Part shown: positions 48,790-61,419 of the stretch, piece by piece
Numbering within the stretch: the first letter of the stretch is position 1
Layout of the letters: every line of letters starts with the position of its first letter
Source: Elsinoe ampelina
Taxonomy: Eukaryota
Direction: 5' to 3'
Length of the DNA stretch: 64,000 nt
NCBI GenBank assembly: GCA_010093995.1
Contig: ML992504.1
Span: 620,001 to 684,000, forward strand
The notes under the pieces: model-generated
Databases searched by the model: none
What the model was told of the DNA's origin: nothing
Seen by the model: the letters and a program-made list of their open reading frames with translations, nothing else
Translations under genes and position numbers: made by a program

Positions 48790-49905
48790 TCAAGAGATCG
48801 GCACAGCTGGACCGGGACCGAGAGGTGCTGGTAGCGCAGGAAAGTCGGGGAGTTTGGAAGGTACGGCGGCAGGTGGCTCTGGAGGCTCGTAGCCTGGCTC
48901 TGGTGCAGGCTTCTCCTCTGCCTTTGCAATTGGTATCCAGTCCATGACCTCTTGATCAAAATGATGCTTCTCATAGTCCTTGTTGGTAAGAGAGTTTGGT
49001 CCGTACTCCTCCATGAGGATCTCGGTGTATGCGTAAGGGATGAGAGCTGGAGTGTCTTCGAAGACACTCTCTCGGAGAGGGAAGATCGTGTCCATTGTGT
49101 AGGTGTGGCTGTCCTTGCAGTACATGGCGCCAGCAACGCCAGCTGCTTGCGCTTCCACGTCACGATGCAAGACGGTAATGTCGATGAACAGACCAGACGC
49201 CATGTCGACCCATCGACCGTCGATCTTGTTCAAACCGTCGTGGACACTGGCGTTGGTGTAGTGAGGGTTCATCTCGAGCATGTAATCCCGGCCTATGTTC
49301 CACCCTTCGTGCTTGTAGTGGTGGACTGTCACTGTTGATGGTCAGCGTGAGGATCGCCGACTCTCAAGGAATACTCACTGTTGTAGTACTTGGCGAGGTG
49401 GTCGGCAGACTGCTCAGAGATCATAACGTCCAGATCCGTATCCCATGGCATGATTCGCTTGTTCCACCACCATCCAAGTAGTGAGCCATGCATGATCCAG
49501 GTTTCGGCACCGATCTCGTTCATGGTGGCCAAATATGCTCGAATGAGGGCGATCAAGGTCTCTCTACGATCCTGGTATGGCACCTCGGACTTTGCGAATC
49601 GGCCGTCATAGTGATGATGGAAGCTGGAAGAGGTCAGCCGCATGTGATAGAAGGAGGCAACATTGGCATTACTGTGCTTCGTGAAAGTACTTTCCAGGAG
49701 GATCGGTATCGGAATTGCTGTCTGTCCCAGTGAGGTTGGTCCTGGCTGTGATGATCTCGTGTGTATTCGTAGGTGGCGTGACATCGAGGGCTTCCGGAGC
49801 GACCGAGTGAGATGCAGAATGTGAGGCTTGTGGAGGTAACACAAGTGAGTGAGCTACAGGCAATGAAAGGATCGGCAAACAAGCCGATAGAATTGAGAAA
49901 CGCAT
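48790..49905 (-). CDS. LicD/fukutin-family phosphotransferase (Mnn4-like), 3 exons
   Basis: Signal peptide; KYFHEA|...HYDGRF; TWIMHGSLLGWWWNKRIMPWDTDLDV; IDGRWVDMASGLFIDIT; IFPLRES. Confidence 0.88.
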
Positions 49906-51688
49906 GGCGGCACGCTTTAGACTTTCACTTCTAGTATGGCAGTGAACTCATGATAAGGCCTCGTGGGAGAAAGGGCAACGCTAAAAGATATAACAAAGAA
50001 CAATGAGAAGACATCAAACTCTGTTCGGCCTTGCCCACAATGTCGCGTGCCTGCCCTCCCTCTGTCACTCCCGGAACCGCCGCAAGTCTCTAGCTGGGTC
50101 AAGGCTGAGTAGTGCGTCCCGGTTCATGCATCTTTCAGTAGCGGGACGACAGGGCGACGTCAGCCATTCGAGACGGGTTGCATGTGTTTGGCTGCGTGTG
50201 CGTCAAAGTTGGGCGCGATTAGCGGCCTTTTGGTCGGTCAAGTCACCACACCGTTCCACCCTTGACACAAAGTCTAAACGGTGCTGCTTCTTTATTGTAC
50301 TGCCCTTCTTTCGCAGTGGAATCATCACTCTGTGATGATGGACCGCGTTGCACGGTTGACTCGCACTGGGTATCTTACCCGTATCTGTCAGCCAAGAGAT
50401 CCTGTGCTCCTTCCGTGCCTTCCGCTTAGTTGCTATCTAGCCGCAGCTGATGAGGAATATACACAGCTTCGTAGTGGGTACCTTGACTTCCGGCTACCGC
50501 GTGCCGAAGTTCCCCAAACACATGCAGCCGTTTTCCAGTCGACGCCGGAGAGGGAAAGTCCTCGGTCAGACGGTGAACCTCTGTTTGAACAACGTAGATG
50601 AAAGGTCCAGAAAGTGAGCACTACGCGGATAGCACGGCTTTGTGTGCTGTTACTGCTCGCGAGCAGGTCGAGGTACATCGAGTCAAAGATCAATTTCCTC
50701 TCAAACCATGTCGATCAGAGACTACTCTCGGGCCTTGCATGCGGGCGGGAAGTGAAGGAGGTTGATGTGGCTCATGTTCCTGATTCGTGTGCAGTTCTGT
50801 GCATCTGTGGCTCTGCTTTCCCGCCGCCCACTTGTCATTGTGGAGTCTTGTGAAAGCTTGGCGAAGCTTGGATGCTCTTTGCAACAAATGGAAGCTGGCA
50901 GAAAAAACGGTTGAAACGATTCATCAGACAAGGAGGTTCAGAATTCAGACATGGGGAACGATATATGTCTCGCGCCATCTGGCTGTCTGTAATATCGATG
51001 AACTTTCTCTGATTGCTTGGCTAAGCATGTGCATATCGCAAGGCTGGGGTACTACAGCGGCTTTGTTGTTGTTAGCATTGTGAAACACAATCATGCATTG
51101 GTCCCCTTGGTCCTCCCGCGCAGCTTGCGTGGCCTGCGGTAACGACGTGCCGCTTTTCTGCCATCTTTTGAGAGGTCCTTTAAGCGACATTTGGCCGATG
51201 CGATCATGATAGCAGCCCACAAGTCTTTCTTTTCGGGCCCTGGCAGCCCTTGAACAACCAGGCAAACGGGGCACGCGAGCAATTTCCAGTGTGGGACGTA
51301 TCCGCCCGATGGTCTCCACTAAGCGTCATATCCTTGCGCCTATCAGTACGAGGATTCGATCGAATGTCGGAGCTTGTGCTACAGCAAGGCCTGCTCGAAA
51401 AACAGATCTGCCCCGATCCTGTCTGCCAACAAAATGTCCGTAGATTAAATCCAAGGTTAATCTGCATTTGACACCCGTCAATATTCACCCACAGAAGGTG
51501 TAAGCACGGCAGACCACTTCCCGCTTGTTGTCGAGTGACGATCAATGACCTCAGGCAGCGACACTCCCGAGGCGGGACATATTCCTATCCCAGCTTCCTT
51601 CGAATGTCGCGCAGATGCCAATCACTCCTGGAGGGTGCAGAATGCTTGTCGCGGTCGATCAGGTTTTGTTGACCTGTGAAGTGTTTCT

Positions 51689-52360
51689 TCAGAGACCTCG
51701 CAAAGCCATGGTGCCAATGACGCTGGAAAGAATTGTTGCATCGTCAGTAAGAATTGTCTTCTGGTTGTCCATCTTGAGCTCAAACTTGTACACTTTGCGC
51801 AGACGTGCAATGTCGCGCAACTGGCTCAAGCGATTGTCATTGAGCTCACTTGGTTGCCCCTTGATGTGCTCGAAGAGATGCGACTGTACAGACGCTTGAG
51901 TAATGTCCGGCGTGCTGGCGACCTTCAGAGCTATAATGTTCTTGCTCTCAGGCGAGAGACCAAATCGTCGAAATGATTCAGCAATCTTGCCTGCATCAGT
52001 CATGTTTTGGATAGTCACAGTGGCAAACGTACATTGTTGTTCGGCGACAGGGCAAAGACAATCTCGGAATGGACATTTCTGGTCTTGAGGCGATCATTTG
52101 ACATGTCGTTGATGGCCTTGAAACATGCGGCTAAAAGGTGATCTCTAGATAAGATCTGATGTGGTCAATGATTGATTACACACCTACCTTTACGTATGAC
52201 CTCTTACCATTGAAGCGTCCAAAAAGGTGTACTCGAAATCCGTGTTGCCTTGCAACAGCTGGTCGCGAAGGAAAGAAGCATTCTCGACATTCTCGAACAA
52301 TGCAGCGTAGACCGGATACTGCTCAAGATGAGGCAGAATAATGGTCTCGAGATAGGACAT
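51689..52360 (-). CDS. CGI121: KEOPS complex subunit Cgi121/TPRKB (3 exons)
   Basis: [13 protein letters not shown]...[20 protein letters not shown]...[28 protein letters not shown]...RKVYK. Confidence 0.9.
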
Positions 52361-52815
52361 GGTTGAGGACGGCCCTTGTCATTTCACGAAATATCAACTG
52401 GCAATGTTTGCCAATGTGCGAAACAGTGAGGACGCCAAGACGATCCAGACGGCCAGAATCAAAGTTGGGCAGGCAGATCGTGGCCGTGCGCATCGGTTCT
52501 GGGGCCAGGGGTTCTCGAACATACTGTACCCGGCGGCGAGGCCTTGGGGCTTTGGGCCCTTTCACGTTTCGTGCTTTGAGCCCTGCGAGCATCTGGCCGT
52601 CATTTTGCACCTGCGCCTTCATAACACAACACAGTACTTGGCCAAACTCGTCCGTCCCATGGTCGGCCATGTCGCTCACCCACTTTGACTGTGATGCTAC
52701 CATCCTGTCAACCTGAAACGTCAAATCTCGACCTGTGTTAGCTCCAATTGAGGCAGGTCGGTGGTCGCAGCCGACTTCACGGTACTTTCCAGGTCTGCGG
52801 CACCTGTAACGGAAC

Positions 52816-55713
52816 ATGCCTTCGACCAAGCGTCCCAGCGATGCGCACGACATAACTTCTCCCGTGACGAAGATCCAACGTACTGAAGGTGCAGACTTCT
52901 CTGGCGCCATTAAGAAGAAGCTCTCCGGCGCTAGTCGGACTGGTCAAGCATGTGACCGCTGCAAGGTATAATCACCTCTTTCGTGTATACCAGGACCCTT
53001 TTCTCACTTGACCAGGTCAGGAAAATCAGATGTGATGCCCGACCGGGAGGCTGTTCGCCATGCGCGCAGAACAATACACAGTGTCGGACTACCGATCGCA
53101 TCACTGGTCGTGCCACCTCTCGAGGCTACACCGAGAATGTCGAGACTGAGAATGCGACTCTCAAGCAGCACCTGGCCGATCTCCACCAGCAATTGAAAGA
53201 GCATGGTATAGAACCAAGAGCACAACCCGCATTTGCGTCAAGCTTCTCCCACGAGAGTCCATCGCCAACGTCATCTGGCACAAACCCGAATGATCCACAC
53301 AATCTGTCGCGCATTCTCAACCCTGAAACTCCAAACCCGAAAGGCCGCTCGAGGTCAGCTGTACTTCCAGAATACCAGCCCGATAGTGTTGGGGACAATT
53401 ACCTCGGGGTCGCATCCTCAAATGACTGGCCGAGTCCAGTGGGCGGCATGCAACATATACTCTTCGGCATGAAGCTGGATCTCAAGGATTTCGTTGCCGA
53501 CGATGACAGTGATCTGGCCAGAGCCACGACTTACTCATCCTTCTTGACATATATAGCCCCGAACAAGGCTGTCATCCCACCTGAATTACCGCCTTACCAA
53601 CAATGCCGTACCATGGTCGAGTGGTTCCTCAAAATGCCTGGCTCCTGGCTTCCCATTCTACACAAGCCAGACCTCATGGCACTGCTGGACCGAGTATACA
53701 ACGTGCCAAACTACAACGCTACAGTCCCCGAGACGGCTCAATTGCATCTGGTCTTGGCTACTATGTTGTACCAGTTTTCTGCGCGTAACCCTGTGGCTGC
53801 TCAATTCAACTGGAGTGATCATTACCGATATGCGTTGAGCTTCTTCATCGACCTATACCGGCAGAATACCCTACCGGCACTGCAAGCTCTCGCTATGGTC
53901 GTGCTCGTACTGCGAGCATTTCCTAAACCAGGTGCTGTTTGGATTGTCTCGGTTGGCGTATTGTCCAAGGCTGTCGAGATGGGTTTACATCGATCGGTGA
54001 ATGCGTGGTCTGCATCAGAATCGCAAATGTCGTCTCACGAGGTTGAGATGCGAAAGCGCGTATTTTGGAGCCTTTTATTGCCACATATTACGGCTGGTGC
54101 TCGGTTAGGACGACCATTCATGATCAGACTTGAGGATTTCGACGTCGAGTTACCAGAAGCTATTCCTGACAACTTGCCTGAAGAAGAACATCTGCCATTG
54201 CATAGGAAGTGCTCTTTCACACCGGGTCTGGCTGGGTTCAAGTTTCTGGTCGTGCAGCTACAGATGTATAGCAATCTGTACACCATCAGACCGGTACCCC
54301 AGCCATACGAACAGGTTCAGAAGAAATTGAGCAAGGAGATCGATGTGTGGTTCCAGTCACTGCCTCCAGAGTTTCAGAACGACAATCTCAGCACAGTCGA
54401 GGATCGAGGGGTGAAGATCTACATGGACTTTGGACATCAGAATTTGCGCCTACTCCTGTATCACCCATCACTTCTCAAGAAGCCTGATCCGGAACAAATG
54501 TCTCGGAACCTTGATGTCTGTCTGGATGCAAGCTCGAAATTGCTCGCCATTGCTCAAGAAATGCGTCACCTTCAGATTCTCGACACGACGTGGTTCAATT
54601 CGTCCTACTTTTTGGCAGCCATGTTCACAACCTTGTTCGCTTATTCTGAACGTAAAGATAGGCTGTCATCAGCAGAGGTCAAGGCCTTGAAGAAGGAGAT
54701 GGACCAGTGGATCGATGTCATGGGCGACATTGGTTCGTTACTTGGTATGTCTTACATTTCTCACGCAAGGAGAATCAACTATTGACTTTGCAGGATCTGG
54801 CCAACGTCTGCCAAATGCTCTTCGACAGATCTCTTCTGCTGTCATCAGCGATATCAATCGACATATAGCAGCTAAGACCGCCTCTGCGGCGTATGCCACG
54901 GCCAACAGTAATGGCACAGAGGCACGCGATACACCCATACAACATATGAAAGTCGAGACTACGGCAACACATCGTCCTGCAGAGACACGTCGTCCACATG
55001 TCACCTTCAACATGCCGTTTGCTGCTGAGACCAGCAATGCTTCGCAACAATATCTGCAATCTCCCGCGGATGCTTATCAAGCGCAGCAATCATTCTATCC
55101 CGATCCATCCTCCTCTTCGATGCCTCCTTACACAAACTCGGTGTACCCAGACTCCTACGAGCAAGACCTCAAGCCTGATATTTCTACACTTGCACAGAAT
55201 GCAGCTCTGGCCGCTCAATCGGCCCAATCAGCACACGCAAATCACTCCACAGCGACCCAAAACTTCTACGGCTACCCCAACGGTACTGCCATGAATACTG
55301 GCACCGTTGCCTGGCGGAACTTTACCGACAATATGATGAGCTCAATGGCCACGCCCAGCCCACACTGGTCCGCCAACGCCCTGATGAGCCTCCAGCAAAG
55401 CCCAGCAGTCAAAACCAGTCCAAGTAGCATGGCAGGTCAGCCATCGGACATGAACGGAGGGCACACGAATGGTCATGCAACGCATCCTAGCGTAGGAACG
55501 AACGGAGTTCCCGGCGCAACTGGTCTCCCAAGTGTAGCCGCTCACTCGACCGGCGTAGCGACCACGGCCGGCGCAACAGCAGGTATGAACAATGGCGTGG
55601 GCATGTACGACGGGATGCAGAACGGCGGGATGGGGACAGGAATGGGACAAATGCAGTCAAGCATGGGGATGACCGCTTGGCCGAACATGGGTCTCTACGC
55701 CGGCGGACAATAG
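52816..55713 (+). CDS. Zn2Cys6 fungal transcription factor with Fungal_trans domain (Acu-15/FacB-like family)
   Basis: ACDRCK|VRKIRCDARPGGCSPCAQNNTQC cluster; MGLHR and EMRKRVFWS...LGRP; 2 introns. Confidence 0.9.
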
Positions 55714-56351
55714 GGATAGGACGACGACAACGATACCAGGAACCGGGACGTGGGATTCGGCAACGGGACGAGACGGAACGCGGCACGTCTCGACTTTTTT
55801 TTCTTTGACATTTGGTAATGACCAGGGACAACAGAATGGTTATGCGGCAAGTTGTTTTCGAGCGGTATATTAAGAGCAGGATTAGCGGGTGTGTTTGGTT
55901 GCTTTTTGCGGCTACTTTATGATATCTACTCCATAGGGACATGCTAGGGTGATTGGGGCTCAGATGGCTTTGTGTGATGAGGTTGAGCGTAGCTTCTATG
56001 ATCCCCTTCTAATAGGATGGGGTCGAATGTATTTTTCATGACTTCGCCTGGTCTGGAACGAGATGGGATGGCGGCGATCACCTTGGGTGCAGCGCTGATG
56101 CATGAGATCTAGGCACGCCGGGAGAAGACAGTTCTCATAAGAAGTGAACGAACAGCACGACTGTACAATGAGGGTATTGCGAGAGTGGCTGCGCACATCT
56201 GTGTTCTGTACCTGTTCTACACCCTGCGTAATCTACACTGCCCTCCCTCCCCTCCCATCTCGTCCACTTCCCATGTGCACCGTCCCCCTCTCCCCTTTCC
56301 CCCCTCCCCTTTCCCCCCTCATCCGCCCCTCATCTCCACCCCTCTGCACAT

Positions 56352-57360
56352 CTACCTATACTCGGGCCTAATAAAATCCGCCATCGTCTTCGGCTCCTCA
56401 TACGCATGATGATCACCATGGTCATCATGTCCGTGCTCGCCGTGGCCATGTCCGTGCGCGTCCTCCTGCGGCCCGACGTACTCCATCTTGTACACCGATC
56501 CGCACTCGGGGCAACGCTCGACGGGGCGTTCGCGGGAGCAGGTCAGCCAGATGACGACGTGGGAGTCGGCGGGGCAGCCCGTGCAGCCGACGTATTGCTC
56601 GTCGCCGAAGGATTTGACGGTGATGGGGTTGTCGAGTGTGCCTTTTTGGATATGTCAGCGGGATATGGGGGGGTGTGCAGTGGGAGGGAATGGAGGGGGA
56701 GGAGGGATGGTGGGAGGTTGAGGAGGGGATGAAAGGGAGGGGAGTGGGATGTACCTTTCCGGCTGGCGTCCAAGGGGCGCATGTCGAAGATGTCTACGCC
56801 TTGCATTTTACCGAGAATCTCGAGACGTTCGAGACCGGTGGCTTGCTCGAGATCGGTGGGGACGACTCCGGGGGGAGCTCCAGGGGGCATGAGGTCGGAT
56901 TCGGACTCGATTTCTGAAGGGAGGGGTTAGCTGGGTGATCTTGATATTGGTCTGGCATGACGAGAGAGATTGAGAGGTTGCTGATTGCGACGATAGGTCC
57001 GCAATCGCTGTCGCGGTCGTCTTTCATCTCTCTTTCGTTGCCGGTAAAGGTGCAAGGAGCTTGGTGTTCTCATACCCTCAAACGGCTTCATGTACTTGCT
57101 CGACTCGCCCGGCGTCGGCGAGGCATCCTTGTCTTTCCTCGCATCGACTGTACCTAGTCAGCCAGAGTTCTTTCGCCCATATCCGCCCACCCAATTCCTC
57201 GTCTCCCACTCTCGTCCCGGATCTTGAGGCCAAACTTTTCTTTGGCAAGAGTAAACGTACATCGAGCGATGGAGGAGCTGAATGGGCGCGCGACGGCCGG
57301 TCGGATGATTGTTCGTCTCGTCACGGCGAGCGCTGAGCGGCGCAGGAAGAGTGACGACAT
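56352..57360 (-). CDS. COX4: Cytochrome c oxidase subunit 4 (yeast Cox4 / mammalian Vb), multi-exon
   Basis: Mitochondrial presequence MSSLFLRRSALAV; PTDLEQATGLERLEILGK; zinc ligands GCTGCPADSH...ERCPECGSVYK. Confidence 0.93.
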
Positions 57361-57708
57361 GGTTGTGGTGGTCAATTGCTGTATGCACGGGTTATATCGG
57401 GGAGAGCTTGACGCATGTTGTTTGAGATTGGACGACGGGTGCTGACTAAGCGTTGGTCAGAGGCGGGTTCGCGGCGACGTGACAGGTCATGGTCACTCTC
57501 TTCAAGCGTGAATGATGGCACTGCGACATTCTAGTAATTATGCAATGATTTGAGGGTATAGTATCGTTTTGCAAGCAATACAATGGCAACACATCTCTTC
57601 GTAGATGTCGAATCATCCCTCAAGAGGACGCGTTAGGAGATCACTCTTTTCACCAACAACCACACATCCAAAGCCATATAATATTCATCAAGAAGTAACA
57701 CCACCAAC

Positions 57709-59352
57709 TCAAACCTCCCCAATTAACCCCGGACAGCTCTCCATCGCCGCTTCCCTCCACTCCTTGAACTGCTGATAAAACACCGGGTGCGCGTTCGGCC
57801 GACTCGCAATCACGTTCGGCAACGACCACTGCCACGGCTTCCCCAGTGCGAAGAAATGCAGCACCGCGGCGTCGGGATATACTTGATATAGCTCTTTGTA
57901 TAGCGGCCTGTCTTCTTTCTTGGGCACCTCGGGCACCGTGGGCTGGTCGTCTACTACGGTGACTGATTCGCTTTCTTGCTCGTCTGAGCCTTGGTCGCTG
58001 TCGGCGTTGTTGTGCGGTCGTCGGAGGATGGGCTTGGGGAAGACGCCCTCCTTGGTATCTTCTGCTGGTAGGGTGTCGAAGCGGCGCCTAAGCTGGACCG
58101 GGCTTCTGCGCCAATGACGCTGAGCATTGTCCGGTGGTGGATGGAAGTTATGGCCGGCGTGACCCGCGACGTCGTCTACTTTCTCACCGTGGATCTCGGC
58201 GTTGGCGTCGACAGGGATGGCTTCTTCGACTTTGAGCTGCGACCAGTCTTCTTCTTTGTGCCACCACTTTGGTAGGTCCCATGCTTCCCAATGTGAGTTG
58301 ATGGTCACGTAGCGTCCGGTAAGAATCATGGCCGTGGTGTTGAAGAGGTCGTTGACTATGTCCATGTCGTATTTGTCGTCGGCGATGGTTTTGGTTGCTT
58401 CTTCGACGCGCTTCCACGTGCGTTCGGAGAGATTGATTAACATAAAGGTGCTGCTGAGCATATTACTGCCTAACCAGTATGCTCTAGGGGCAGCGAGATC
58501 CACTTCTGGTAGAGTGGTGAACAAGTGGTCCAGGTTTTGCAGGATCAATTGATCCGAGTCGATGATCAGGATCCGACGCAGGCTTTTGTCGATGTGATGC
58601 ATCTTGAACGCAAAAAGCTTCACCATGCAATTGATGTAGTATTGCGCCGAACTCGACGGCATTTCCGGCGCTGTCTGAATTGACACCGTCACTCCCCGCG
58701 CCTTGAATGCGTCCAAATATGCCTTGGTCAGGTCTCTCGTGGCGAGTACAAATATGCGATGCTTCGTCTTGAATCCCTTCTGTAGCCGGTCGATGTTGAC
58801 CAGAACACTACACGCGTATGCGTCTTCCGTAGCATAGAAGACGTAAGCGTATGGTCCTGGCTCTCCCGATGCTTCCTGCTTCCCCGGTGTTCCGACTACA
58901 CCTGCCTCCAACTTTTGATCGTGCGCCTTGCTGTCCGTGCCAATTGCATGCCCGTCTATCGTCGGCCCAGGGTCAATTTTCGAACCTCCCGTCCCCTCTT
59001 GTTGCGACGATGTGTGTCCCTCCTTGCTCTTGTCCGCTGCAGCAGTACCGCTTCTCTCCTCCCCACTTTGCACTCCGCTCAATGCATCCTCGGTGTTCCG
59101 TTGTGCGGTCGACTCTTCCTGGCTCTTTCCACTCGGATCTCCCAGCCTCCCATATCCCTTCTTCCACCCCTCCTCGGTATAACCCAACGGCGTCTCAGGC
59201 TTCGGCTTGTAAACATAATGCGACAACCTCCATTGTTCACCCTCGTCTGTGTGGAACGGAATCAAGGAAACAATCGTGAAGAAGAGGAGGACAACAAAGG
59301 AGATGCGCAGCCCGCGGTTCAAGAGGTAGGAGGTGACCGAGCCGCGGTGCAT
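57709..59352 (-). CDS. Type II membrane glycosyltransferase family 8 (Gnt1-like)
   Basis: N-terminal TM; YAYVFYAT; LIIDSDQLILQNLDHLF; LAAPRAYW; YDMDIVN; VLHFFALGKPW. Confidence 0.85.
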   Translation of the reverse strand: MHRGSVTSYLLNRGLRISFVVLLFFTIVSLIPFHTDEGEQWRLSHYVYKPKPETPLGYTEEGWKKGYGRLGDPSGKSQEESTAQRNTEDALSGVQSGEERSGTAAADKSKEGHTSSQQEGTGGSKIDPGPTIDGHAIGTDSKAHDQKLEAGVVGTPGKQEASGEPGPYAYVFYATEDAYACSVLVNIDRLQKGFKTKHRIFVLATRDLTKAYLDAFKARGVTVSIQTAPEMPSSSAQYYINCMVKLFAFKMHHIDKSLRRILIIDSDQLILQNLDHLFTTLPEVDLAAPRAYWLGSNMLSSTFMLINLSERTWKRVEEATKTIADDKYDMDIVNDLFNTTAMILTGRYVTINSHWEAWDLPKWWHKEEDWSQLKVEEAIPVDANAEIHGEKVDDVAGHAGHNFHPPPDNAQRHWRRSPVQLRRRFDTLPAEDTKEGVFPKPILRRPHNNADSDQGSDEQESESVTVVDDQPTVPEVPKKEDRPLYKELYQVYPDAAVLHFFALGKPWQWSLPNVIASRPNAHPVFYQQFKEWREAAMESCPGLIGEV

Positions 59353-59831
59353 GGCTGCCAGTGGAGGAGAGTGTGTCGAAGGAGGTGCGACGAAGGTAGA
59401 AATCGTAGATTAGGAGAGACAACCTGCATTGTGTCGGATGCACGGTGTGGGTGTAGTTTGGCTCAGGGCTTGAACGGTAAAAACGGCGAGAAAGTGTCAA
59501 ACAACGAGATATATACTTAGCCCGTGGGAGGGGACAACGGCGGTGGTGATTTATGGTTAGGGACGAGATGGCTTTAAGCGAAAGTCAATTGATGTCAGCT
59601 GGGAGATAAATGGGAAGGTGAAGGTGTAAAGGATGGCTGGAGAGTTGAGGATGGAGGACAAAGGCAGCGTTCCATCCGAGGTAAAGTTTACACCATGCCA
59701 ATGAGGCGTCTTTTAGAAGCAAGCCAATTCTCACGTAATGATCTCGACTTTCGCGTGTCGAGTCAGTCTGAGAACATGTGTGCTTGCATCCGAACAAGAA
59801 CGTAACTCAAACATTCGATGTGATATTTGCC

Positions 59832-61083
59832 CTATAATTTGCCCTTTTCTCTCCCTTCGGCCACGACCTCACTCCTCTTCCTGACCTCTACCCGTCGTGG
59901 TCCCTCTTTCTTGAATTCTACCAGCACAACATGATCCTTCTCTCCCTCTCTGATACCCTTCAATTCAGGCCCCGGCTTGTCCAGTCCTAAGATCTGCCTT
60001 CCATCCTCACGCTTTCCGCCATGCGCCGGCGGTAGAGCGATAGGGCTAATGACCTTCTCAGCCCATGGTGGAGTGCCGCCCTTCAAGAATTCCAGCATGG
60101 CTTTACGTTGCTGTTGTCGCTCTTCGTAGCTCGGTATCGGCGCATCTGCATTCTTTGGGTTGTGCGGTGATAGGAAAGGGGATAATTGATGGAGTAGGAA
60201 GAACTGTGGAGGGAACATGATGATCCGTCCAGACTGTGCGAGTTCGAGCCATTTCGATGGCGGGAGGAAGCGAGCTGCTGTATGCTCCTTACCACCGTCA
60301 TGTGTTGGAGCCGGAATGACCACTTCCGAGCCTCCAGCGTCTGTTGAGCCCGATCCTTTGAGAGAGGACGATGAGTCGTGTGACAGTGGTAATAAGTAGA
60401 CATACATCTGTGTCGTGAAGCGTTTGGCCAAGTTTGTTGGCGTCACCCATCGGGTGAAGGGGATGAGGCTGTCGGTGTCTGCTCGACCACCCTTGCCAGC
60501 GAGCCATTTACGGAATTCGACCTTGTTAGAGTGCACAAGCTGTCGGCCCTCCTCTCGTTCAGCATCGTTGACCTCGATGAGGCGACCGAACCCATTGTTC
60601 TTGGCGAGAATGATGCCGCTTTCCTCAAAAGTCTCTCGAATGGCCGCTAAGCGATAGGCTTCGCTGTCTTGATGCCTCGAGTGGTCTTCTGGCGGAGGAA
60701 GATCTCCGTCGTGGAAGCTGCTGACGTTGCCACCTGGGAACACATATGCTGAAGCAAACGAAGAAGAGGTCTTGACGCGGCGTAACAGAAGTACTTGATT
60801 CTCAGGTGAGACTAGTATTACACTGTTGACGTCAGCTACACTTCCACAGTGTCGTATGATCTTTGCGGTGGAATCGTAACGATGGTTATGAAGCATACCT
60901 TGAGCTTGGTCGTGGTATGGCTACCGGCTTCTTCTCCTTCGGGGGCATATCTGCAGTGGTAGACTGAGCTCGCACCTGGTGGGCAAACCGCTTATTCTTC
61001 GGTATCAACCGTGATATCCTATCGCTTCGCAGAACTAGAGCCGTGTTGTTGATCCGCCGGACACATGTGACGGAGCTGTGCAT
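59832..61083 (-). CDS. Nudix hydrolase (NUDT19-like acyl-CoA diphosphatase family)
   Basis: PRPSS|SVILVS, VLLLRR, YVFPGG, AAIRETFEESG, PFTRWVTP...KRFTT, IMFPPQ. Alternative start at 60948. Confidence 0.85.
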
Positions 61084-61419
61084 TGAGGTACAGCCATGTG
61101 GTCGTCGGGCGCAGAGCATCGTCACAAGGAGGAGACAAACATGCCTCGGCTCGTTCACTCAGCAAATCCAAAATCTGGGGGCGCCCGCTGCAAGCCGGGG
61201 TTAAACTATGGGGTCGTTCTTGGTTAAACTTTTGCCCGGTTTAACCACTTCTTCAAGACGCTGAGTATGATTGACCAGGACCGGAACCTCAAATGCATGA
61301 ACAATATTAAAAGAGCTGTATTCGTTCAACAAATTTTTATACAAAGACATTAGAGTAGTCATCTACGATAAGGTATCTTGAACCGTACTAGTTACAGCAA
61401 AATTCTCCAAGCACACACT

